From NCBI RefSeq assembly GCF_009914755.1, contig NC_060937.1: 64,000 nucleotides of DNA; one strand, 5' to 3'. Position 1 is the stretch's first letter. Every line of letters starts with the position of its first letter. The stretch comes from the human T2T-CHM13v2.0 reference genome, Homo sapiens. Below are positions 29,201-42,900 of the stretch, one piece after another. Both the position numbers and the translations under genes were made by a program. The notes under the pieces were generated by a model. The model did no database searches. It saw only the letters and a list, made by a program, of their open reading frames with translations, and was not told the DNA's origin.

Positions 29201-32200
29201 CTTGGTTCACCATATGCCATATTCATAGATAATCACAAGACTCTAAAGAAATGACACAGCAAATTATGTAATTGCCCAGAAGTTTCCTTGCCTGGTTTTT
29301 GGTTGTTTTGTTTTGTTTTTTAGTTCCTGAACACATAGATAAGAGCTAATTTGTATACGTGTACTATACAACATTAATACAATTTACCATGTAGGTTAAT
29401 CCAGAACCTGCCACATAGTAGCAGCTCAGTGCATATTTGTTAAATGAAATAAATACTCGTAGGATTCAGCAGGAAGAGAAATCCAGAACAGTTAAGAATG
29501 GAGAAAATTGCTCACTAATACATGGTGGGTAAATACAGGACTTCCCTGGAACCAGACTTCCTGAGTGAGAATCCCAGCTTTACCAACTGAATCTCTCTGT
29601 CCTTGGGCAAACCCCATAATTTCTCTGTGCAAATGATAATTTTCAAAATGGAATTTTTAGAAAACATAAAATCCTTTATTTTTTAACTCTTTGTGTGAGT
29701 TAAAAATGAATGTTATGACCCTCAAAGGGCATCTGAGGAGTAAGGATATTTACAGAAAATTTAACAGAGAAATATTAGGATAAGATTGCCAGGTTAGATA
29801 TAATCTGGGTAATGTCCAACATGCCATAAATCACTGAGGTTCTCGGTTTCCCTGATGATAAATTATTTGTAAATCTGCTGGACCAAAGTCTTCAAATTAA
29901 CAAGTGACTTCCTTAAGCCTTGGAACTTTAATCAAAGTTGAGTGATGAGGTAAATCAAGGACATTATTCAAGAAAATCCTTGAGTGGCCTTTTCTCTCCT
30001 ATGATATTGAAAGAACATGTCTCTCACCTTTTAGCCTTCGTTTCCAGTTTTGGATAATTTTTCTGGCATCACCTTCCTTATTATGAGGATAAAATGGGTT
30101 AACATAACAAAAAGTCCTTAAAACAGTGCCTGGCGTTTACTTAGTAAATGCTGTACTGACTATGAGTTTTCCTGGTGAGGTCAGGCCTGCTTAATAATGC
30201 CCAGGAGGGGATTTAAAACACAAAGCTCAGAAATGTTACTGTTAGCATTACTTCTCCAATCAAGAGGGACCTCCCACTGTTAAATCAGAAGAGAAATGAA
30301 TAACATTGTCTGCATTCTCTGTTGTAATTACTAACATTTAAAGTAGCATTTGGGGTTTCATATCCCATGACTCTCAAAGGGAAATGGAACACCAGCATGT
30401 GTTGGGGGCAGGGAGATAGCAAAGATGGAGCAAATCAAAGGGCGGCACCCCTCACTGGCCATATCAAATCCCTGCAGAAGTCACCTGAACCACCTCCCAC
30501 TTGCCATCCTTGCATCTTTGCTGACACCTCTTGCCCCAGGTGTGGAAACAGCTTCCTCACTGAGCTCCCTGCCCCCTGCTGTTCCTACTTTCCATTCATT
30601 CTCCACTGGTCACCAGACCTACTGCCTAAAACATGGATCCAATCATGTCATTCCCCTGCCCTCCCCCCCACCTTTAACAATGACCTACTACCTACATAGC
30701 AGCACCCAAGACTCCCTGCCATCTATCCCCACAGACCAGTTCCACCCCCATCTCCCCGATGGACTCTGTGGCCTCACTCTCCACTCATGTTGGACCACCC
30801 AGCTCAGCGCCTTCCCTCTGCTCATACCCATTGTCCACGTCTCCTCTTCACAAACCCATATTCACTCCTCTCTGACTCACTCTGATGGATCCTCTGCTGT
30901 GAAACCTCCCCTAAGCCCAAGCCAGTAGCCTACATTTCCCTCCTTTCCACTCTCACAGCTCTGTTCGTGGCACAGCAGGCGTTTCCCCAGCACCATAGGA
31001 TTCTCCCACAGTTAGATAATCTGATAGCATCTCTATCTCTCAACTGTGACTCCTGAGGGCAGGGGCTGAGTTCCACCGGACCTCGCATTTCTCAGTCTCT
31101 AGCTGTGTGCAGGCTCTGTCCCCAGCCTTGTAAGTATTCTCTTAACCAACTCTCTTGCCTTATTCCAACACTTATCCTGGTTGGAGCCTGGCTAGACACC
31201 CAGCAAACCAATCTCCTCACCTCTCAGGGCTCATGGCTGGACCACATTCCTCAGCCTCCTCTTAGAGAGGGGGTGGAAATGTGGGCACCAGTTCTGGGCT
31301 GGCCTGTGACATCTCCCAACACATTCCCCCAGACCCTCCTGTGCGTGTGTGTGAAAACACTGACGAATAATACCAAGGCTGTGAAAGAAAAGGTTGAAGT
31401 CAAAAGAACAATTCCTGGCACTTAGCAGAAAGAACCTCATTGTCGAGGACACTCTAAATACTGAGCCTCCATCAATGGCTGCCTACATCTCCAACTCCAG
31501 GGCTTCAGAAAGAACACAGAGCAACCACTCTGTCCTCTGTGTCCTAGAGTGACAAGCAGAGTGAGACTCTATCACTCTTCAAGGAGCCAAGAAATGAAAA
31601 TATTACAAGGGAATAAATATTTCCTGAGAGGAAAATAGCATCAAGGGCCCTCGCCTGGGATGTTCAAATGTGGAAGTGATTCATAGGAAAATCCCTCCCA
31701 CAGAAATGATGAGAGATGCTAGGTTAAGACTTCATCATAACAGTGAGTGATGTTTGGGAGCGGGGAGCAAAAGCTGGCATCCTCACGGACACCCTTTCAC
31801 CCTCACACCCCTGGGACTGTGAAAGTAGCCACCACACCAACTGCATTTTATTTTCAGCTGTAAACCCAGAGCGGGAGCCTGGGTTATATCGAGGAAAGAG
31901 CAGCTTCTAGGAAGTCCGCAGCCGAGTGAAGTTTATTTTCCCTCTGTATGGCTGTAAATAATGGCTTCAATTTTGGAAAACATACATCTGGAGCATCGTC
32001 GTATTGCCAAACAGAGCCTCGTCACAACACAACAACAGCATCCAGAAGGTTGTCTGTTTTCTGCATGAAACATTGCTAGAGGGTGCTCAGTGTTTCGGAG
32101 CTCGGTGTGTGCGGAGCGTGGACAGCATACGTGCAGGTTAGCATGTTAATTCTCCAGTTGCAACCAGGAAAGGACGCGTGGGACACTGGGGTCAGAGTGT

Positions 32201-32810
32201 TGGCCTAAGTTCCCGAGTTCTTATATTGGTTCTGCTGCTGCCCGTGCTCCTGAACAACCCATGTAACCTCTCAGTGCCTCAATGCCATTCTCCAGATGAT
32301 GAGACCTACACAATGCAAACATTCAGTGTGAATGTTTCTTTTTCTTTAAGAAAATGGAACTTGACATACTAGATAACTAAGCCCCGTAAAATCTTCATCA
32401 CAAGATTCTTGAGAGCAGGAAACTCATGGTGTGTATGAAATAGAAGTTGATTTATTTAAATATGTATATATGTATACACACACATATATTTAGTGCACAT
32501 TTTCAGGAACACAATTGTTTTCTACAGAATAGTACTTTTCTAAGTTATATGGCCTGTTAGTGCTTAATCAATGCCTACTTGATTGCAAGTCACCTTTAAA
32601 ATATAGAACAACATGTTACCTAAACAGAATACATCATCATTATGAAATTATAGAATGTTAGCCCTATAACGGACCCTGGAAATCGTTTTGTTCTAACTTT
32701 TCATAGCATCTGAGGAAGCTAAAACCCAGTGAGGTGAATTACTGCCCACTTCAAAACATGTCTGCATGTCTGCATAGAATTTTTCTTAATGTTAAGGTCT
32801 GATCACGTAA

Positions 32811-33293
<483 letters not shown>

Positions 33294-34555
33294 TGAGAGA
33301 AGTTTGTTTTCCTTCTCCCAAATCCTTTTATATTTTTTTCATGACACGATGTGGACTTTGAGGTGCCCTCTCAGGCCCGCAAGGATATCCTGTGAACCAA
33401 AGTAACACTCTCCGTTTAAGGAGACCCCGCGCTGCTTTTTCATGTTATCTTTGAGGCATTCTCCATGGAGTCTGACCATCATTCTTGTTCAGAGACAGCT
33501 CTGAGGAATCCTCGGTCTCTCACACACACTGGTGGAAAGGAGGCATGTCTGGGGAAAGTTTGGAACAGCCAAGCTGGGATGGTTAGTCTGTGGGATGCGA
33601 GGGGTGTGGGGTGGGCGGACAACGTGCTGGCTGGGGTAGGAAGAGGACTCTGTTCAACCCAATGCTGTATAAACTGTCAATAACTCCATTTTCCAGGTGA
33701 GACAATAGAAGCCAGTCAGGCTTCCTGTAGAGATTAGCCACGGATGCTCTCTCGAGGTCCTGGTGCATTCCCGAAGAACAACCAGGGCTGAGGCTTTGTG
33801 CTCTTTAGAAAAAAGTGTTCCTTCCTCAAAAAAAGTTTAGCATGTTATTGCCCAAGCTGAATAAGCTCACTTCGGCTATACCCAAAGAAGGCAGAAAAGG
33901 TGGCAGGGAAGGGGACACGGCTACCTTCTCTCAGAGCAGAATGAGGTGATTCTGGACGGTGGCTTGTAAGAAGACCGAGTGGGCGAGGGAGGGAGGGAGG
34001 ACACAAAGGAAGAGTCCAGGGGCTTTGGCCCTGGGGTTCCAGTGCCAAAATTCACCATCATGCATCCAACCTGTGGACCTGTTAATCACACTCATTAAAG
34101 CAACCTATGAATACCATCAGGTTCCAGGAGAAACCATTGCTGCATAGATGTGTCCCCTGGGCTTGGCTGGGCTCTTCTCTGAGCAATGTGCAGGGTCAGG
34201 CAGGGTTGTACACATGCAGGGGCACCTATGCTTTCTCCTGCTCACACACCCAACACCTGCCCAGTGCTCTCCCACCCGCTTCATGCCCCTGACAGGAGGT
34301 GACCATGTGAGGTTCAGGGATGTGGGTGGTGAGACTTGGGCCTTCAGCAGCTGCAGGTGGGTGAGAAAAGCCACCTTGGTGGCCTTCTGGGTCTGGGGAG
34401 CAGTCGGAACAGGGTAGACTGGACACATGTGTATGTGTTGGTGACAGTGTGTACGTGTTCTGGGCCACTCTAGGAACATCCAGAATCTCCCCTTACCTAG
34501 GACATCACTCTGGAAACATCCCCATCTCCCCTCACCTCTCCACCAGGCCAGCTTG

Positions 34556-35480
34556 CAGGGTCAGAGCCAAGTTTTGTGGAACCTAAAAATTACCCAAGTG
34601 AAGGACTCAATCTTTAAGGAAAAATCCTCCCAAAATTATGAATACAAATTGGCCTGAATGTAAACATCTATTTAAAATGAGAAAAGAAACCACAGCAAAT
34701 GACAATTTTAAAGATCTGACAAAAACCAAAAAAAATCACAAAATCCAGAAATGTATTTTTATTAGTTAAGAGCCTGACGCCTTTACATGTTTTCCACATT
34801 TTCTTGGCTGCTCTTTGATCACCTTTTCCTATGACAGTGATACGGTAACAGCATTTTTTTACACAAAGAAATAGAATTGAGCTTCAGTCTTTCCTTCCAA
34901 GCTGAAAACTTACCACTTCACAACTTCTTGTTGGCAATCTCTTACATTTTTTTAGGACTGTTGTCAAATCTGGGGAAAACTCTATCAAGTTTCTTTCATA
35001 CATGAGCTCTAGGATTTAAGGACTTTTCAAGTTTTCTTATATATTAACTTCTAAATATTCTTTAAATTGATAACACTCAGAACCAGTGTATTATATATCC
35101 TATTGTAATGGTGAACATGAGTTTTCTGTTTTCTTCATCGATGCCAGTATTTTGTGTCAAATCAGTAGGAATATCTTTGCAATGGCTCATGTGATTTAGT
35201 CTTCTCTTTAATTGAATTATCAAATAATTCAAGAATCTACCCATTACTTTTGTCCAACATTCCATCCTGGAAGATATTTTTACATAGGAAATATATTAGC
35301 TCAATAACTACAGAGAAGTGCCTGTGAGTCTCATAAACATACCTCATAAACCCAAACAAAATGAATCCCCAATGCAACTTCCCTTTAGCTATTCCCTAAA
35401 ATGTCCAGCACCCCAGCACGACTCCACACAGATAGGAGTATGCTGGGGGAAGACAGATTGGAAAGAGACAGCAGTCCTAA
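34556..35480. mobile_element. hAT-Tip100 fossil (Zaphod/MER115-like)
   Basis: caggg..agttttgtggaacctaaa..tctttaagg..aaaattatgaatacaaatt..aatgagaaaagaaaccacagcaaat matches the recalled terminus; right boundary approximate. Confidence 0.55.
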
Positions 35481-35807
35481 CTGAGTGTCTTATTTTTCTT
35501 GGCCTAGTTTTTCCTTCTACTATCTCTTCTTCTCTATTCACTTCTCTATTCACTTCCGGGAACTGAACTTAATCAAATTTAACTCACACTTGTTAATGGT
35601 GTGCGCACTGTTTTTTACGTCATTCCACTGTTGATAAGGTGTGCAAGAACTGAATATGTTCTTTGGGTCCGCACTCAAATATCACCTCCTCAGAAAGGCC
35701 TCCCTTTACCCAATCAATTTAAGCCAGCCCTTTCCTCCCTACTTACTCTCTTCACATAGATTAGTTTGTCTTCTGGTTTTTGGGTTTTCTTGCATTCTTT
35801 GCTCCTC

Positions 35808-37025
35808 TTTTTTTTTTTTTTCCAACTTTAATTTTAGAATTAGGGTGTACATGCACAGTTTCGTTACAAATTATATTGTGTGATGCCGAGGTTTGGAATA
35901 TGAATGAATTCATCATCCAAGTACTGAATATAATACCCCACAGGTAGTTTTTTTCAACCCTTCCCTGAATCCCTTCTTCCCATTTCTAGTAGTTCCCAGT
36001 ATCTATTGTTCCTGTTTTTTGTGTCCATATGTACCCAATGTTTAGCTTCCGCTTACAAGTGAGAACATGCCATATTTGGTTTTTTGCTTCCACATTAATT
36101 CATTTAGGATAATGATTTCCAGATGCACCCGTGTTGCTGCAAAGGACATGATGTCATTCTTTTTTTTAATGACTGTGTAGTATTCCATGGCGTATATGTA
36201 CCACATTTTAAAAATTCAGTTCACTATTGATGAGCAACTGGGTTGATTCCATACCATTGCTATTGTGAATAGTGCTGCAGTGAACATACATATTTTCCTT
36301 TGGGTAGATACCCAGTAGTGAGATTGCTGGGTCAAATGATAGTTCAACTCTCAGTTCTTTGAGAAATCTCCAAACTGCTCTCCACAGTGGCCGAACTAAT
36401 TTACATTCTGACCAACAGTGTATTAGGGTTCCCTTTTCTCTGCAGCCTCACTAACATCTGCTATTTTTTGACTTTTTAACAAAAGTGATTCTGACTGGTA
36501 TGAAATATCTCATTACAGTTTTAATTTGCACTTCTCTGATGATTAGTGATGATGACCATTTTTTCTTACGTTTGCTGGCTGCTTGTAGGTCTTCTTTTGA
36601 GAAGTGTCTGTTCATGTGCTTTGCCCACTTTTTAATGGGATTGTTTGTTTTTTGCTCATTGACTTATTTAAGTTCCTTATAGATTCTGGATAATAGGCCT
36701 TTGCCAGATGCTTAGTTAGTGAGTATTTTCTCCCATTCTGTAGGGTGTCTGTTTACTTCTTTGATAGTTTCTCTTGCTGTGCAGAAGCTCTTTAGTTTAA
36801 TTTGGACCCATTTGTCAATTTCTAGTTTTATTGCAATTGCCTTTGAGGACTTAGTTATAAATTCTTTGCCAAGGCTGATATGGAGAAGCATATTTCCTAG
36901 GTTTCTTCTAGGATTTTTAGAGGTTGAGGTCTTACGTTTAAGTTTTTAATCCATCTTGAGTTAATTTTTGTATATGGTGGTAGGTAGATGTGCAGTTTTA
37001 TTCTTCTGCATATGGATAGACATGG
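35808..37025 (-). mobile_element. 5'-truncated L1 3' end (L1PA15/16 or L1PB-like)
   Basis: Poly-T, L1 3'UTR and degenerate ORF2 C-terminus (cttttgagaagtgtctgttcat, gctgtgcagaagctctttagttt). Confidence 0.9.
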
Positions 37026-38946
37026 TTTAGTTTTTAAACAACTTGTAAGTATTTGAAATCATCTAGTTGATTTATTTACTTGCTTATTGTTTACACTTTG
37101 ACTTTCCCTTTGTATTCACCACTGTATCCTAGCTCAACGATGCCCAGCCAAGCACAGGTCAATAGATATTTGTTGAGGGAATGTGTTACACACCCCAGGC
37201 CCTTGTCGTAAGAGTTTACATTTTTAAAAAAGTTGAGTAAAAAGACTTTTTTTTTTTTTAACATGGAGTGTTTGGTCACAATAATGATGGCATTACAATC
37301 ATTGTGACATTCAAGTCCAGGTCATCAGAGCAGGATTATGTCCTCCCATTTTACAAAAGGGGAAGCTGAAAAATTAACTTGCCCAAAGCCACACAGTTGA
37401 ATTGGAGCCAAATTGGACATAAAATTCAGGGCTTCTGACTCCTATTCCTGTGTTCCACTTACTACTTCAGGTTGCCAGGCTGCCAATAGCATCTGGTGAA
37501 AATGTTTAAGTTTTTTAATATGAGAATCATGGCTGACTTGCTACTTGTACTTGTGCTGTGAGTTGGAAGACATTGGTAGTTGTAGTAGATTTGTTCTCAA
37601 AAGAGAAGAGCAGGTGTCCTTTACATGTTCTCATCCAACTTCACAATAACCCTTGATGTAGGCATTATTGAGCAGTTCCTTTTAACTGAGGCTCAAATGA
37701 TTAATTTGCTGAAGTTCACAATCAATGTTAAATACAGGATTTATACCCAGATTTACTTCAAATGACTTTTATACATGAGATTAAAGGTCCACATCTGGAA
37801 GCTGGCTGGCTAGGTTGGAAATTAAGTATGTAGTTATCATACATGATAAAATAATAAAATTATGTGATTATATATTATGTATTATATAAATACATATAAT
37901 TATATATTATTACAACAAAATTACTTGGTGACGGCTAGGCTGACATGTGATCTCCATCTAATTAAGAATTAAATATTCTATTACTGATGGGGTTGGCTTC
38001 AAAAAACACACAAAATGGCCCCAAGGTGTGAAATCCTTGGCTTGTTTTGGGAATTACCATGATTAACCAAAAGCTAGAGGTATACTAGCTCATATTATCT
38101 ATAGGAGATCTATAAGTGCTTTCATAGAGAAGGGGCCAACCCTGGAAAAGTAGCCTCTGGTCAGGGGTCATATATTTTTTTCAGCCAAACAGATCCTCTT
38201 GGGCTCCAGTGGCCTCCTCCCCAACTTTACCTGTGAGATCAGGGATTATAGCAAAAGGACAGAAGCAGATTCACCTTGAACTCATGTCCATGCACGTCTC
38301 CAGAGTGGTCCAGTATCTCACCTACTCTCTCAGGCAACAAATGCAGTTGATGATAAAGGGGAAGACAGTAGAAATGTAGCCCCTGACCTTGGTTCTCTTC
38401 ATTCCAGCAAGTTCTGTTCCCTGAGAGAGCAGTGGAGATGATGTGAAAAAGGTAGGCTGAGGTTAGATTGGGAAGGACATTGTATGCCACAATATGGAGT
38501 ATGACATTTATCCTGTTTTTCTTCAATATTTCTAAATTTAAACTGTACTTCAGATTGTTAAAATATTAAAATTCTCTACCTTGAACCATTCAATAATATA
38601 TGTATGTTACACATATTTGTGTTTCTATTAAATTTATCAATTAACAGTAAACGTTATTTAATATTATTTTTATCAGCAAGCTAAAATGTTAACTCACACT
38701 GCGATTATTTTTATAGCAAACTGCAGAATTGAGATTAGGTACATAAACTGGAAATTAAAGATAATTAGTATGATTAATATTAATGATCTCTACCCACTCA
38801 TTTTTCTATCCTTGTGGTTTAAAAAATGGGACTGCAAATATGTTAGGGCAATTGAGTCAGAGTATGATTTTTCTTATGCATCAGTAGACACTTTTGGCCT
38901 AAAAGTTTTAGGAACTACGTACTTTTCATAGCAAAAGTTATACAAT

Positions 38947-39931
38947 TGTGACTCAGTTTACCATTGCTCACCAGTACCTGTTTTCCCTTTTTTCTCAGCA
39001 TACCACCAGGATATATATAATATTCCCCCCTTATCTGAGGGAGCTATGTTCCAAGACCACCAGTGGATGCCTGAAACCCTTAGAGTACTGAACTCTATAT
39101 ATTTTATATTTTTTCCTATACTTACATACCTATGATAAAGTTTAACTTATAAATCAGGCACAGTAACAGATTAATAATAACTAATAATAAAATGGAACTA
39201 TTATAACAATATGCCAGCATCACTAGTCTTATGCTTTGGGGCCATTATTAAGTAAAATAAGGGTTATTTGAACACAAGCACTGTGATCCCACAACAGTCA
39301 ATATGATTACCAAGAAGGCCTCCAAGTGACTCACAGGTGAGGAGCATCTATAGTGCAAATCTGCTAGGCCAAGGGAGGATGAACGTCTTGGGGTGGGCCT
39401 GGGCAGGATGGTGTTAGATTTCATCATGCTACCAGAATGGCATGCAATTTAAAATTTATGAATTGTTCATTTCTGCAATTTTCCATTTAATCTTTTTGAA
39501 TTGCAGTTGGCCACAGTTAACAAAAAACTCAGAAACTGAAACCAGGTATAAGTGGGAACTGCTATAGTCCAATTAGAAGTGGTCATGTGACTCTACTCCC
39601 ACTCAGTCATGTGACTGAGCTCTGGCCAATGGAATGTGAAAGGAAGTGAGGTGTGCTACTTCCAGGCCTGCTTATGAAAACCTCTTATGTCCAGTCCTTG
39701 CTCTTCCACCACCCTCTGACTGAACAGTGAGGTTTATGAAGACCCTAATAAGAGCAGAGGCATCAGATAGAAGGAAAACGCATCCCTGAGAGAGACCACT
39801 TGGAGTGGATCCCAACACCCCATCTGACCTGCACTGAACTGTGTTGTGAGCAAGAAGTAGAATGTTTTGTGTTAAGCCACTACAAATGTGGGGTTGTTTG
39901 TTAATGCAGTTAACACACTCTAACTAATACA
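38947..39931 (+). mobile_element. MLT1J-like solo LTR interrupted by MER44
   Basis: catgtgactgagctctggccaatggaatgtg..gttaagccact..ctaactaataca. Confidence 0.7.
39018..39564. mobile_element. MER44 (Tigger7-derived MITE)
   Basis: ccccccttatctg..gttccaagaccaccagtggatgcctgaaacc; degenerate TIR at the right end; TA flanks. Confidence 0.8.
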
Positions 39932-42900
39932 TTGAATAAAATGTGCTATAGACAAGCAGAAGGAAAATTCTGCAATTGAAAATGAAGATGTATCACAGGT
40001 TTTGAAACAGACTTGATGCATGATCAGATTTGAGAGGATGTAAGATCCGAACGTGGAGTACATTGGATGGAGTTGGTTGTTCTGGGACAAATAGGGTAGG
40101 AACGTGAGTGCAGAGAGTAGGTCTAGAACCTGGATTCAACCCAAGGGAAGTAGTTGGCATGAAAAAGCGTGCTGGGATTCATCCTCCAGGAAACTGGGGC
40201 CCAGTGGTAAGAATCACAGCCTGGAGTCCAAGGCAGGAAGCTCAGACACTGAGGGAGTACGACATAAGGGAGGAAACTCAGCCAAAGTCAATCTTGAGAG
40301 AAATCTAATCTTTTTCTGGGACGTGCTAATATAATAAGGGTTCCAGACACGGGAGCCTTCTATTGCACTTTAAAGCTTCAATCACCAAGCAGCACGTACA
40401 AGAAGTGTTTTTTCTTTACAAGCCCTTACATTTTAAAGAAGAATCAAAAACATTTTTTAAGTAGGACTAGGAAATGGAAAAAGAGTAGATGTTAGTTTCT
40501 TCATTGTAATGTTTGAAAGCATTCTTGTGTTTTGGTAGGTCTTGAACTCAATGGCAATTGTTTATTCTCATGGCAGGAAAGTATATGAAAAGATTAAGGG
40601 TGTTTTCCTGCTTAGATCTTTAGGCATATAACTAAGGAAAATGGACAGAGATGCAGATTCACTTATGTTTGCAAAATGCGGAGTACACTGAATATCCCTT
40701 TGGTGTCACATATTTTATCTTGCCTAAAAATTATTATTTGTTCATTCACTTAACAAGTATAGAGCTCAGATTCTGTGCTCCCAAATCTGCCAGAATTTAA
40801 TGGGGGCCACAGAGAAATTGTAAGAACGTACTATTGTCCCCTATTGTTAGGAACATTCTTCATTTAGCAAAAGTTGATTTAGCCCCTCTTCTGGGTCACA
40901 CTGTTTTGGCTTAGGGAAACATATTAACTAAGAAGTTCACAGTCTAACAGATGGGTAGATGAAGAATTAAGCAATTGTACAGAAGAGCAGATTTCAGAAT
41001 GCCATTGTAATAGGTGGCACCACCAAATAGGCCTGGTTCACATGTCATTCTGCAGGTGGTATGCCATTTTGGACACCTTGATGGCAGTTGTCTATTCACT
41101 CTACCTGGCTCTGCAACCACTCATTAATATTCATAATATGATAACTAAGGAAGTCATTGAAAGTGACCTAACCCACATGAAATGAAATGTATATTTACAA
41201 CTCATTCAAAATAAATAGCACATATATGTGTACAACACAATATGGGTGGCGCAGTCACAAACCTGACTGCAAACTCAGTTGTGCAAAAAATTAAACTTTT
41301 AATATTTTTGGTTATTTACTTTAATTTTTACGTTAAGTTCCCTTTGTCCAGTGGGACATACACTGACACCTAGGCAATTTGTGATGCCATAGACGTTCAA
41401 GGTGGCATGGGGACAGGGCTAGGAGTCCAATGCCTTCAGTCCTTTCTCACCTGATGATGCCAGCTCCCATTGTTCCATCTCTCTGGGTCTCCACCCACAA
41501 TCCTTAAATCATGTGTGCAGGGCCTTGTCCAGCCTGGGGACTCTTTGTACTATATTTGGGCTGTTCTTGAGCTCATGCAAGCTATTTGGCTGCTCCCAAC
41601 ATGCAGTGAGGCAAGAGAAACTCTCTGAGGCTGTCCGGGTCTCATGTCAACCTCCAGGCCACTCTAGAAATGATAAGCAGGACAATTCCGCTGGTCACTC
41701 CCTGTATCAGAGTGCTGGAACCTCGAGGAGACTGTCAAAGCACTAGTGCACACAGCCATTGCTCCTGGAGCCTTCTGTATTCTGGAACCCTGGTTCCCCC
41801 TAGCTCTTGGGACCCACTCACCTGTGTGGGCCTCCTTCCCTCCTCACTCCACCTGCAGAAAAGGCTTGCCACTGTCCAGGGCTTCTTGCTTCTCCTCCAA
41901 CTCTCCTCTTTCACCCAAGCTGGAGAAGCTTTATCTTTCTCCTGGAAGTGAGGATCTTTGCTCCGAATTTTCCCTGCCTTTCCCTGGGTTATGTTTTTGA
42001 AACCTCAAAAGCCAGAACAGGGTCCCTATTCTCTGCTTTTGATTAATACATCCTCTCCCTGAGTCAGCTAACCACAAACAATGAGCTTTGCCTTGGTTGG
42101 GGTAGGGCAGTGGACTGGTGAAGAAGTAACAGTTTTATCCTCCTACACACATGCACACATATATGCATATTACAACCTTCAAATAACACAGAGATAATCA
42201 CAATCTGGACTCACTGCAAGCCCTTCTTCATTAATGCATTGATACAATCCTCAGCAGAAATGGCCGTGTAAAACACCCTTGCCTTGTTCCTATGTGGATT
42301 TCTTGTATTCTATTGCATTTCACGGGTTTGTGCTATTTGCTGATCCTGTTCTCTATTCCACTTTGGTCCATGTCTCACCTTCACTCCAGCCGGTTGGTCA
42401 GATTAGTAACTAACTGCCTTGTAGCAAAGTGATTTTTATACAGACAATTGTGCGTCTCTGCAATTGTAAAAAGCTTTGACATTGTAGTTTAGATTCTAAA
42501 CTCTAGATCCTTTAATAACAGCATTTCTGTAGCACCAGCAGTTTCCATTCCTAGTTGCTACTGTAGTAGCAGGTCTCGGGCACATGCAGAAACTTAGTGG
42601 GGCTGCCTTAAAATGGACTCTACAAGACGACTGCTACAAAATATCTTTTCCTCTCTTCACTATTATGGAAGGGAGTGGTATTATATTAGGACCCTCTTGT
42701 TTGTGGGCAGCAATTACAACTTTCTATTTAGATACTTCTCTTTCCTCTGCTTATGTTGGAGTCTTACTCTGTGATTGCTAACTGTATTGCATTGTCTTCA
42801 TTCTCTCAATAGCAACAGTAGAAGTTTTAGATTATCTGTCCTGCGTTGCTGAAGATTTGCTGCATAACTACTGGATGTCCACATATATGTGTGTAGACAC

